A stretch of DNA of 64,000 bases from Hypanus sabinus. Its lineage: Eukaryota. The DNA is taken from contig NC_082721.1 in the NCBI RefSeq assembly GCF_030144855.1, forward strand, positions 42,966,001 to 43,030,000, given 5' to 3'. The position numbers were made by a program, and so were the translations under genes. The notes below the pieces were generated by a model. It was not told the DNA's origin. It saw nothing but the letters and a program-made list of their open reading frames with translations, and ran no database searches. Shown here piece by piece: positions 38,370-49,200 of the stretch (the first letter of the stretch is position 1; the number at the start of each line of letters is the position of its first letter).

Positions 38370-38651
38370 AATTATTCTAAGTAAACCAAACCCAATTTCA
38401 GAGAAAACCATTCACCGCCTGAAATTTCCGGAAGCCAAGTAACTGTCCACGTTACCACCGTGCAGCCTCTCAGCAGGAAAAAGAACAAAATCAGCCTCGG
38501 GTACAAATATTCCAACATCATAGTGGAAACTACAGAGAGCGGAACATAAGGGAAGTACAGGGATGAGCGAGTAAGAGTGGTAAAGGAAAAGGATGCAAGG
38601 CAGTGATCTCTTGTTAATCAAGGAACAAACATGGCCGAAGACCCGCTTGGT

Positions 38652-38974
38652 TTAACAGCTGGATTGTGTGACTGTTACGGATATTGTCGAGGCTGCTCCT
38701 TGTTGAACTGAGCAGGAATACCTCTTCCCACTGCTCCAGTCTGCGCTGGGCACCGTCAGGTAGCTGCTGAGACTGAAAGTTTTGTCCGCGTTCTGAGTCA
38801 CCCCGCTGGTTTGCACCTCACTGCTCGTCGGACTCCCGTTCACTGTCCAGCTGACGACAGGGAATTCCATCGACAATTTACTGACCAGGCAAACTAAGGT
38901 GCCCGCTTCTTTGGCGGAGATCTGCTCGGCTGACGGGCCAAGTAGTTTCACTAAAGGGTCTGGGAGCTACCGAT
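38652..38974 (-). pseudogene. IgL: Ig light-chain constant exon, cluster 2 (probably sigma), with a premature stop at codon 3
   Basis: Acceptor ttgcag; 323-nt exon D-R-*(TAG at 38969-38967; CAG in paralog)-LPDPLVKLLGPSAEQISAKEAGTLVCLVSKL...VVSW...YSCSVQQGAASTISVTVTQSSC-stop. Confidence 0.95.
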
Positions 38975-40061
38975 CTGCAACGGGAACAAGAGAAAACGTG
39001 TTTCAACTCGCAGCAGAGCTCTCGTCATTTCACAGTTTGACAGAAGCGTAATTAAAAGGTTTCAGCTTCATTGAGTTGAGCCCAGATTCTCACCAAGTGA
39101 CAAGACAGTGCCCATGGAGGACAGTGCATGAAGGTCATCATGGAAATCTACTGCAACCGGTGAGGCTGTCAGGCTCTGAGTCATTCACGGAGTTGAGAGA
39201 TACACTGGCATCAAAGCGCCCCTGTGTAGTTCAATGTGCCCACTCTCGGTGCCATCAGTGACAAATTCCGCCACTTCCCTCCTGCCCACCCACCCATCAT
39301 TAGTGAGAATTTGCTCCAGTGGTCGAGGGCACTAAAGGCGGGGTCCTGAGCTCCATGGAGCGGGCCAGGGTAGACCGCTCTGTGATCTGCGATCATAACG
39401 AACGATTCGGCGCCCACTCACATGGGGGACTGGAGGCTGGATTCTCCGCAGAATCGGAGCACCGGCCAGAGTCGGTGTAGTGACCAGAATCGAAGAGGAA
39501 CTGTTCCTGGGAAGGAGCAGCTCACACGTGAATAGATGGCAGGAGAGAGAAGGCAAGGACTGGGCAGTGGGAGAGGGCCTTTTAAGGGATGGGTGCTGGA
39601 GGAGAGTTCCACGTTCACTGGGAAAGCGGGACGTTTCGCCGGAACGTTCCTGTTAGAACTTGAAACTTCTTGTTCTACTGTCTTTAGCCGGCAATGCCCT
39701 GTCTGCACTGACAACTTTGGCCCCACACTGGGAAGATGGAACCCTTCACGTTCGTTCCAATTAAGCCAACACAAAAACAGATGAACTAAAACGAGAGCAG
39801 AAGTAACACGAATAAACAGAAAGTTTGTTCGAATCATGGTTTGTCCGAAAGAGAAATGCTTAATTGAAATACGGAAACAATTCACCGAACCCAACTCCAT
39901 CGAGCAAAACTGACGCTGGACAAGAACACCATTAGATTGTAAATCAACAGTTTCGTTGTAAATGTTGGAATTTCGTTGGAAATTATAAACTATAACTTCT
40001 TAATTGACGGGTGACCGTATTTATGCCGTGGTCACCCAGGAGATATTTATTGGACACTTAC

Positions 40062-40425
40062 CTGTAACGAAGAGCTTGGTTCCTCGGCCGAACACCCACA
40101 AGTAGACTCTACCGACTGAAAACCACTTTCCGCAGTAATAGGCGGCAGCGTCATTCATCTCCACGTTTTCTTAAGATCAACTGGTAAACGGTGGCGGCGC
40201 TGTTGGCTGTCGACGTGACACGGTCGCTGCTGAACTCAGGCCCGTTGATCGGGGCGCTGAGCGAGTGATGGTAGTACAGGATCCATTGTGGAGCTGTTCC
40301 TGGTGCCTCCTTGTAGCAATGCACATATTCGCTATCCTTTGTTCCGATGTCACAATTCAGTGTGGCCGTGGCTCCTGGACTCACCGACACGGTCGGAGTC
40401 TGAGTCAGAGTATGGGACCCTCCAG
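40062..40425 (-). pseudogene. IgL: Pre-joined (fused) VJ exon of Ig light chain, cluster 2
   Basis: TLTQTPTVSVSPGATATLNCDIGTKDSEYVHCYKEAPG...; a +1 frameshift near 40170; then VEMNDAAAYYC-GKWFSVGRVYLWV-FGRGTKLFVT-G|GTAAGT with no RSS or spacer between V and J. The conserved Trp is replaced by Cys (TGC). Confidence 0.95.
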
Positions 40426-40511
40426 CTGTGAAAAATCAGGAATTCAACTACAACCATTTACTCTTCAATGTGACCCCAAGACCCACCTCAGCAACCACTG
40501 CCTGTACTTAC

Positions 40512-40557
40512 AACCCAGCCACACTGCCAGAGACCAGAAAAAGCACAGCGTCCGCAT
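40512..40557 (-). pseudogene. IgL: Leader exon of cluster 2 (MRTLCFFWSLAVWLG)
   Basis: 46-nt exon with GTAAGT donor and an 86-nt intron; 44/46 identical to the cluster 1 leader. Confidence 0.93.
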
Positions 40558-40635
40558 CGTTGCTGCCCGTCAGCTTCCTGCCTCCGTTCTGTCGATGGAT
40601 CTGTGACTGACTGGCCGCCGCTGCCGGTGGAACCC

Positions 40636-40700
40636 AGTTATAGAGCCATTCACACCGGGGAGGAAATCGATGTAAATCAGGGTGACTGACACTGACCAAT
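40636..40700 (-). promoter_or_regulatory. Ig light-chain promoter, cluster 2, with a mutated octamer
   Basis: Same CTATAA and CCAAT (40696-40700) layout as cluster 1. The octamer reads ATGTAAAT (40670-40677) instead of ATGCAAAT. Confidence 0.8.
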
Positions 40701-40917
40701 CAGAGCGAGGATCGGAAACCCTCCCAAATGCTGTCACACACCGTCGGGTTGAGACGGCGACATTGTTAGCAATTGACTGATCTGTTAAAAACAATTTGCA
40801 AATGAAAAAGTCATTCATTGACATTTCCCACACTCTGCCTCAATTTCCCTGATCCCATTTTTCGGTCCACAGATGCCCCTCACACCTTCAGTGACAACAG
40901 GGCAGGACAGTGCAGGC

Positions 40918-41045
40918 TGTTGAAGGGTCTCGTCCCGAAACGTCGACTGTACTCTTTTCCATTGATGCTGCCTGGCCTGTTGAGTTCCTCCAGCATTTCT
41001 TGTGTGTTGCTTGGATTTCCAACATCTGCAGATCTTATCTTGTTT
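40918..41045 (+). mobile_element. Isolated Penelope-type 3' tail / SINE-like repeat
   Basis: gaagggtctcgtcccgaaacgtcgac...gatgctgcctggcctgttgagttcctccagc. Similar copies lie at about 44870-44925 (+), 49240-49375 (-) and 54400-54455 (+). Confidence 0.75.
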
Positions 41046-42295
41046 GTGATAAAGCAGTGCAGGCCTCCTGTTCCCATATCAGTCATTCAGTCATGAAATT
41101 CAAACCCATTTTGGCAGTTTGTGGGTTTGAATTCTTTCTAATTGTAGGGATTTAGATCAGTGTGCGAAGTATTGATTGCGAATGTAAAAATTCAATGGTT
41201 TATTCTTGCAAATGTTTTTTCAGTATGAATTAAGTTTATTTTCATGTGAAATCTAACCTCTACAACCCCAATTTACCGTTATCCCGCTACTGGAGAGGGA
41301 GAAGCCGGAATGGGTGTGGAAGTCCCTCAATTATTGTAGCAGTGGCCAGGGGCCACGTGAGTTACATTAGCCCTATTAGCTTTAAGGAATGTAAAGGACA
41401 GTACTGAAAACATTGGCCATGAAGGTAAGAATGAAATTGCATTACACTAAATTTTTGTAAATACTTTTTATTATGAATAAAGATGATGTAAAATAACCTA
41501 TTTGACAGAATGCGCCGGTATAGCCCAATTGCAGAGAGACTACCTGGTACCCGGGCAACGGTAAGTAGGGACCATTGACGTTGCTCTGGTATTGGTCAAG
41601 GCTCGACAAAACTGGAACAAGAGGAACGAAGTGAACTACCATCACAACGAAACTCTCATTATCGGGAACGTGAATATTCACAAGCACGATTGTCGAATCT
41701 GTTCCGCAGCCCGCCTTTGAGGACGCGCAGTCCCTGTGGCAGAGTCCGTGGTTGTGACATGTATACAGAAAGGCCGCAGGCAGCACAGCCTCCCAGAATT
41801 TGCTGTCCTCCTTCCCCAGACGACAGCAAGCGGGAGAGTCAGGACCAAACAATAACCTGGAGGGGCTGACTGGCTCCATCCATTCTTTCCAATCGAATGA
41901 AGATCTCACAACCGATAGTTTACGATACTCGGCTCCGAGGGACCTGCTGAAAATGCATAATGCTATGCTTCTAACTGGGGCTTGTCAGACTCCTTGAAAA
42001 AAAATGGGATCAATTTTTTATGCAAAAAAAGGGCATCAAGTGCTTTATAGCTGACCTACTGGAGAATTTTACTTTCAAACTTTCTACGTTTAAACATTGA
42101 TCAAAAGCAAAATACAGCAGAACCAATACCGACGGTGTCCGCTGGAGAGGGAAACAAGGATTAAATATCTGACTTTCATTAGAGACAGTGATACCTTTTT
42201 TTAATATTTAGAAGGCCAGTTGAGTTGCAGTTGCCGATCAGTCTGGCCATTTGAAATAACGTAAGTATGCTACCCAATGGGAACTGATTTCTAAA

Positions 42296-43905
42296 CAGAG
42301 CTTTCTGATGAAACTGAAAAGCTTGAGCATGTTGATATTAAGAAAAAAGATGTGCTGGAGTTTTTGGAAAGCATCGAGTTGGATAAGTCACCGGGACCCG
42401 ATGAGATGTACACCGCGCTACTGTGGGAGGCGAGGGAGGAGATTGCTGAGCCTCTGGCAATGGTCTTTGCATCATCAATGGGGATGGGAGAGGTTCTGGA
42501 GGATTGGAGGGTTGTGGATGTTGTTCCATTATTCAAGAAAGGGAGTAGAGATAGCTCAGGAAATTATAGACCAGAGAGTTTTACTTCAGTGGTTGGTAAG
42601 TTGATGGAGAAGATCTTGAGAAGCAGGATTTATGAACATTTGCTGAGGCATAATATGGCTAGGAATAGTCAGCATGGCTTTGTGAAAGGTAGGTTGTGCC
42701 TTATGACCCTGATTGAACTTTTTGAGGATGTTACTAAACACATTGATGAAGGAAGAGCAGTAGATGCACTGTATATGGACTTCAGCAAGTACCCCATGAA
42801 AGGCTTATTGAGGAAGTAAGGAGGCATGGAATCCAAGGGGACATTGCTTTGTGGATTCTGAACTGGCTTGCCCATGGAAGGCAAACAGTAGTTGTAGATG
42901 GGTCATATTCTGCATGGAGGTCAGTGACCAGTGCCTCAGGGATCTGTTCTGGGACTCCTACTCTTTGTGATTTTTATGAATGACCTGGATGAGGAAGCGG
43001 GGGGATGGGTTAGTAAATTTGCTGATGACACAAAGGCTGGGAGTGCTGTGCATAGTGTAGTGCACTGTCAGAAGTTACACTGGGACATTGATATGATGCA
43101 ATACTAGTCTGAGAAGTGGCAGATGGAGTTGAACCAAGATAAGTGTGACGTGGTTCATTTTGGTAGGACAAATATAATGGCAGAATATAGTATTAATGGT
43201 AAGACTCTTGGCAGTGTGGAGGATCAGAGGGACCTTGGGGTCTGAGTCCATAGGTCACTCAAAGCTGCTGTGCAGGTTGACCCTGTGATTAAGAAAGCAT
43301 ATAGTACATTGGCCTTCATCAATCATGGGATGGAGTTTAGGAATTGAGAGGTGATATTGCAGCTATATAGGATCCTGGTCAGACCCCACTTGGAGTACTG
43401 TGCTCAGTTCTGGTCGCCTCACTACAGGGAGGATGTGGAAGCCATAGAAAGTGTGCAGACCAAGGATGTTGCCTGGATTGGGGAACATGCCTTATGAGAA
43501 TAGGTTGAGTGAACTCGTCCTTTTTTCTTTGGAGCGACAGAGGATGAGAGGTGACCTGATAGAGGTGTATAAGGTCATGAGAGGCATTGATAGTGAGGAT
43601 AATCAGAGGCTTTTTTCCAAGGCTGAAATGGCTAGCACGAGAAGGCACAATTTTAAGGTGCTTGGAAGAAGGTGCAGAGGAGATGCCAGGGGTAAATCTT
43701 TTATGCAGAGTGGAGAGTTAATGGAATGGGGTGCCAGCAAGATGGATATAATAGGGTCTTTTAAGAGACGCCTTGACAGGTACATGGAGTTCAGAAAAAT
43801 AGAAGGTTATGGGTAATCCTAGGGAATTTCTAAGGTATGGGCATGTTCACTACAGCTTTGAGGGCCAAAGGGCCTGTACTGTACTATAGGTTTTTCTATG
43901 TTTCT
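42296..43905 (+). mobile_element. 5'-truncated CR1 ORF2 (RT to 3' UTR), frameshifted
   Basis: DKSPGPDEM...NYRPESFTSVVGK...YMDFSK; FADD region; MRGDLIEVYK; 3' UTR ends ttctatgtttct. Confidence 0.88.
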
Positions 43906-43989
43906 GTGGTTTTATGAATGAATTCACAACATTTTGCTGTAAAGGCTGTTTTTGTATGGGTCTATTGAAGGATTGCTTAGTTTTCTTTC

Positions 43990-44410
43990 AGTCACATCAT
44001 GTAAACTTCCAGAAATGAAAACCACTTCAAACATGTTTGCCAGCATTTTACAGGAGTGATGGATTGTGAGCTTTCTAGAACATTTCATTACTCTTTGATA
44101 AATCTGTAAAGCCCCATACAATTGGAGAAGAACTGATTTAGCCATCCATAAGGGAATTTCTGAGTACAGTTTTGCATAAATCACCACACCAAATAATTAA
44201 AGCAATGCCTGTCAGTGACAACTCTGTTAAAAGATGAATAGATGAAATATTTGAAAATGTGGAAGACACAACAGGCAACAGAATTTGTTCTCCTTTCTTG
44301 TTCATATGCTGCATAGAGCCTTTTTTGAAATGCATACTCCATTCCTCTAGCTTAGAAATGACCTGGAATGTCCTTTCATTCACCTGGGACTCCAAGATGG
44401 AACGCATAAA
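43990..44410. mobile_element. Possible hAT (Charlie/Buster-like) transposase remnants
   Basis: The + strand at about 44190-44270 reads IIKAMPVSDNSVKR*IDEIFENVED, similar to the PLSNNTVxRRIDEM motif of Charlie/Buster transposases. Confidence 0.5.
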
Positions 44411-44926
44411 ACTGATCACAATGCACAAGTCCTTGGACAACTGAGGCAATAACATACATAATGTCATCCTCACCCTGATGAGCACACTTGTGTATGGTTG
44501 CTTTAGACTCTCTGTGGAAGACTAAGTATATGGGCACCAAGTACCATTATCAAAGATTTCTCTGTCCTTAGTGTTGAGAAGGTCAAGTATGGCCCCTTTG
44601 TTGTGCATGTCCCAGTCAGCTGGACACTTGGTGCAGTCACTTGTAAGGGCTTGGTGGGGAAGGACCACAGTGGAGGCTTCTTCTGCAAAGAGAATGGGAG
44701 AGGCCAAGTTGGTGAGGAAGCTCCAGAATTGTTGCACTAAGTATACCACCCAAGGAGACCACATAAATGGCAACAGTGTTATTGGCTTTAAGGAACTTAA
44801 CTGAACGCTACTTAACACATTTTTTAACAATGATGAGGCATTGCATGGTTTATTGTTTCAAATATTTTTATGAATATAGATGCTGCCTGGCCTGCTGAGT
44901 TCTTCCAGCAAATTTGTGAGTGTTGC

Positions 44927-45324
44927 TGTCACGATATGTGCTCTCAATGTTGGAACCCAAGTGCGGAGGAAACACAGAGTCCAATGAGGTGACGGCAACC
45001 AGAGTTTATTCATAAGAATTCCAACAGAACATTGGTGGCCTGGCCAAGCGACACTTCAAGATGTAACATTCTCAAAACAAGGACCCCACAATTAGTGCTA
45101 ATTGGGCCTCCACCTAAATATCACAAGTAAGATGGAATCCCCAAGCTGTAGCAAGTGTAAACATAAAGCACCCAGACACTGCATTACAGAGAGAAAGGTG
45201 CTCAAAAAGAAAAACACAACGAACTCTTAAATGATTAGCAAGAATTAAACAATTAAGCTGCTCTTAGAAACTTCAGAGCCCAATGCTCCCTGGCTTGTCA
45301 GACATGCCTGAAGAGCTCATTACA
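44927..45324 (-). mobile_element. Probable solo LTR (Gypsy-like)
   Basis: Starts TGTCACG and ends ...TTACA, with a minus-strand AATAAA near the left end. No clean TSD found. Confidence 0.4.
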
Positions 45325-46779
45325 ATGTCATATAATAAGGCTGATGTTTCAAATGTAGATTTTTCTTGTTATTCGAGATAGTTTGATAAAAAAGGATCTG
45401 GCAGGGAATCTCAGAGCAATCGGAATGGACACCCTAGACAATGTGGGACCTCAGGAGGTTTCCCGTTTTCTGGACAATGATGGGTACAGGAAGGGTTTTC
45501 AGCTGGAAGAACATATCCTCTGGGATTTGGAGTTTGACCAACAGCAATCCATTGACAAGGCTGAATGTTTCTTGTGCAGCAGGTTTCAGGAGCTGGTCAT
45601 CCTGTAGCTGATGTGAGTGCATAAAGCAGATCACCAGGCAGACTGAAGTGCAGGCAGATGGGTCAGCAGATCCTTGAGGACTTCCTGCTCTCTAACTGTA
45701 TGATATTCAGAGTACTGATTGACGATAGTCTTCCTCTAAGGACAGAGTCATGACCAGACAAGTGGGTTCATCGTGCAGGCAGAGGAACAGAAAGAGGAAT
45801 AGTTCTTAATTTGAAGAGCAGAATATCCAACTGTATCTCAAAGGAATAGGTTACCTAGCCCATGTGCCAATAATGATGTCAAGTGAAACTGAACCAATCT
45901 ACTTCCACCATGTCTATATCCCCGCTATATTCCTTTGGCTGCTGCAGATTCTTTCCACATGTCAAAGGGGTGCAGGTTGGTAGATTAACTAGCTGCTATT
46001 AATTGCCCCAGGAGTGTCGGTGAGTGGAAGAATATGACATAAATTAAAGAGATTATGAAGGGAAGGAAATGTAATTGAATGGGATTAGTGCAGGGTTAGA
46101 GCAAATACAGACTTGATGGAAAGCACAGACATGATGGGATGATGGGTCTGTTTCCATACTGTATATATGCCACATATTATACGGTGAATGTGAAGCAAGA
46201 TATTGCAAATTCAGCCAGAATTTAAGAAGGTAGCAGGAACATTAGGAAGCAGGGCAAGGATGGTGATAATCTCTGGATTATTTCCCCTTCTTCATTCTGT
46301 GGGTGTCGTCAGGGGCAGATAAATGTTAGCCTGAGGAAATAGTGCAGGAGAGTGGCTGTAGGTCCATGGGTGATTGGGATCAGTTCATGGGTGTGTTTGT
46401 GTGTGTGTGTAGGGGGCGGAGGGGGTTGTAGTCAGCTCAGGCAAGACGGTGGGACCAGAGCTGTGAGCGGCATCCTCAGAGGATATTGCACTGGAGTAGG
46501 AGGGAATGAGAACATGGGAAAGTAGCTGTATAATGGAGGATAAAAGATGTAAAAAGGAATAAAGAGAGATAAATAATTCCAGAGCAGAAATAAACACTTA
46601 TTCACAAAGGCCAAATAATTATAAAATACAAGAAGCTCCAGACAATTCATAGTGCGTACAATTTAATGAAGGTTATTAAACCAGATTGATGAACTGTGTT
46701 GGTTGACAATGTCATGATGACTTACATCCAGTCAGCTTTTGTGGGATCGAAAGTGGCTAATGAGGCTAATGTAAGAACC

Positions 46780-47620
46780 ACAGAATCTTCTGGGGAAGAG
46801 GCAGGAGGAGGTCAACAAGCGAGGAGTGGATAACATGTGAGAATTTCTGCTCGCTCCACTACTGATACAGGAACTCAACATGCTCCTGGTCCAGGGTCTC
46901 AAGGTTCTTCCTTCTCAAAACCAAATGCTCCTTTTTTACTTGATTGGTTAGAGGCTGTAGAGTCCAGGAGTCAGTGAGGATGTTGCATTTCTTCAAAGGG
47001 GCTTTGAGCACAGTTTTGAATCTTGTTCTTTCTCCACCTAGTAAACACTTCCCATGGCAGAGCTTGGAAAATGAGATATGTTTGAACAGTATGGACTCAG
47101 ATATCTGAACAACCTGCCCTGTCCAACATAGAAAACTGCACATATCTATGGACTTAGAACTGCTTGTGTTGGTCAGGGATCCGGAAAGATCTTCATTTGT
47201 TTATGCAATGAATTTTGTGGAGCTTCTGTTGGTGGTACTTTACAGTCCTTGAGATGCCTTCTGCAAGTAAGGTAGAGCTCTGGTGTATCTCAAAAGACAG
47301 GGATCTGTGTTGTCTGGTGAACTGTGAGATACATGACAGCTGAGTGTAAGGTTCATTCTGTTGTATTCCTCAACAAGAGGGTGAACAATGCTTTGGAGCA
47401 CAACCTGCGTGAAGGTATAAGTACTTGAATCACCGGTCCAAAGCAGACTGGCTATGGAGGTTTGGGAATCTTTGCTCCTTGGGCCGATATGCTGGTTGAA
47501 GGGTTTCCTGTTAGCTGTGGGGATCATCTGCACTCCTTCTGGAAGGTTGTTGGAGGTGATGTGCAACAAAGGAACAAGACAGTTTGAGAAAAGTGTTCAG
47601 GAAAGTCTTCAAGTTCATTT
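46780..47620 (-). mobile_element. Degenerate RTE-clade LINE (RT to C-terminus)
   Basis: SKLCHGKCLLGGERTRFKTVLKAPLKKCNI resembles the RTE GGQRKRFKDxLKAxLK motif; LQSIVHPLVEEYNRMNLTL is post-YADD-like. Confidence 0.7.
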
Positions 47621-47999
47621 TACTCCAGTCTTTACAAGGAATAATTCTGTTGCTGAGTTTTCGTAGAGAAAATGTAAGGTAAAATTGAATTTCATTACGA
47701 ACCAAATTTGGTAAGGGTGTTCTAAAAATTGATGGAGTCAAAGGAGTTTTTGCACGGTGAAGATAATGTCCCTTGTGCCTGTGGATGAATCAATTTCACA
47801 CTGTGATTCAGGGAGCATGTCTATGGCAACTGATGAAGGTGATTGAAGAGGATTCTGTCATTGACTCTCCCTGTGGTGGAGAGGCAGGGGACCCCTCGGT
47901 AGTTACCACAGTTGGACTTGTTTCTGTGACAATCTATGCCTGTGACCATTTTCAAGTGTTGATTATTGAGAATTTTTTAGTACTGGTTTAAGGGAGTAC

Positions 48000-49200
48000 A
48001 GAATCTGTTTGCTTATCAAAACTTATATGGGATCATGATCTGTTGGGTAAGTGGGCCAAGGAATGGCAAATATTGTTCAATCCAGATAAGTACAAGGTGA
48101 TTGTTGTTTGCTATGTTGTATGAAGTGGGTGATCAGGGTCTTTCCATGACCATCATTGTTCTTGGCAATTTTGCGTACAGAAGTGGGTTGCCATTTCCTT
48201 CTTCTAGGCAGTGTCTTTACAAGGTGACCCCAGCCATTATCAATATGCTTCAGAGATTATCTGTTCGGCTTTAGTGGTGTTGTGAAATGCACCAGCTGCT
48301 CATATTACTATCCATCATCTGATCCTATGGCTTCTTGTGACCCTCATCATGGGCCATGGGGTTGGGGAGGGGTTGGGGCTAAGCAGGTATTACACCATGC
48401 CCAGGGTTGACCTGCAGGCAAGAAGAGGGAAGGAGCAGCTTGCACCTCCTTTGAAAAGAGTAATCAGGGCATAGTCAGCATGGCTCTATATGTGGGAAAA
48501 TGTGTCTCAATAACTGATTGAATTTTGAGGTAAAACAAGAGATTTGATCAACTGAGTTTTATTTCCTGTAAACTAGCAGAGGCCAAGGTATGAGTTGATA
48601 GAAGTATATGAATTTATGAAAAAGAGAGTGGATAGATATTGAGTATATTTTCCCATTGGAGGAAAAGACTTTAACTGGTGAGGCAGGACATATAAAGGAA
48701 TCCTGAGGGGAAATTTCCCACTAAAAGAATGGTGGAATCTGAAAAGTGACTCTTGAGGAGATGGCAGAGGCACATTGTCTTGACAGACACTTGAATTGCA
48801 GAGAAGATTACAAGCCAAGAGGTGAGGTGCCATTGACTGCCCTTGTTATCAAGGCAAAATTTGACAAACTGTAACATCAAGGAGTAACTCTGAAGTCAAT
48901 GAGTATCACGAGGAAAACACATTAATGACTGGAATCATAATGCACACAAAGGCAATTTGTGGTTGTTATTTGAGAATCTTCCCATTCTCAGGATGTCACT
49001 GCAGGGGTTTCTCATGGAGTACACTCAACACAACCATGTTCAGATGCTTCATCTTGATGACCTTCCTTCCATTGTTAGAGCAGAAGCAGGAAGCAAAAGG
49101 GCCAAGTAATGATCACATGACAAATATCCCAGATTAGGATCATGTCCGAGAAGATTATTTCAAGCTATTTACCCATGGTGTTGATTGCCATTAGCATCGC
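48000..49200. mobile_element. Mosaic of short decayed CR1/SINE-like fragments
   Basis: gaatggcaaatattgttcaatccagataagt (WQ.LFN..K) and gtcagcatggctctatatgtgggaaaatgtgtc (SQHGF..G..C) remnants. Confidence 0.45.

Noticed and set aside
38652-38951. 99-aa C-domain ORF as a functional standalone or secreted protein
   Set aside because: It starts at a non-ATG codon (GTG) inside the exon and has no leader. Correct splicing from J meets TAG at codon 3.
38652-40557. Cluster 2 as a processed (retrotransposed) IgL mRNA
   Set aside because: The leader-V and J-C introns and the promoter are present; there is no poly(A) tail or TSD.
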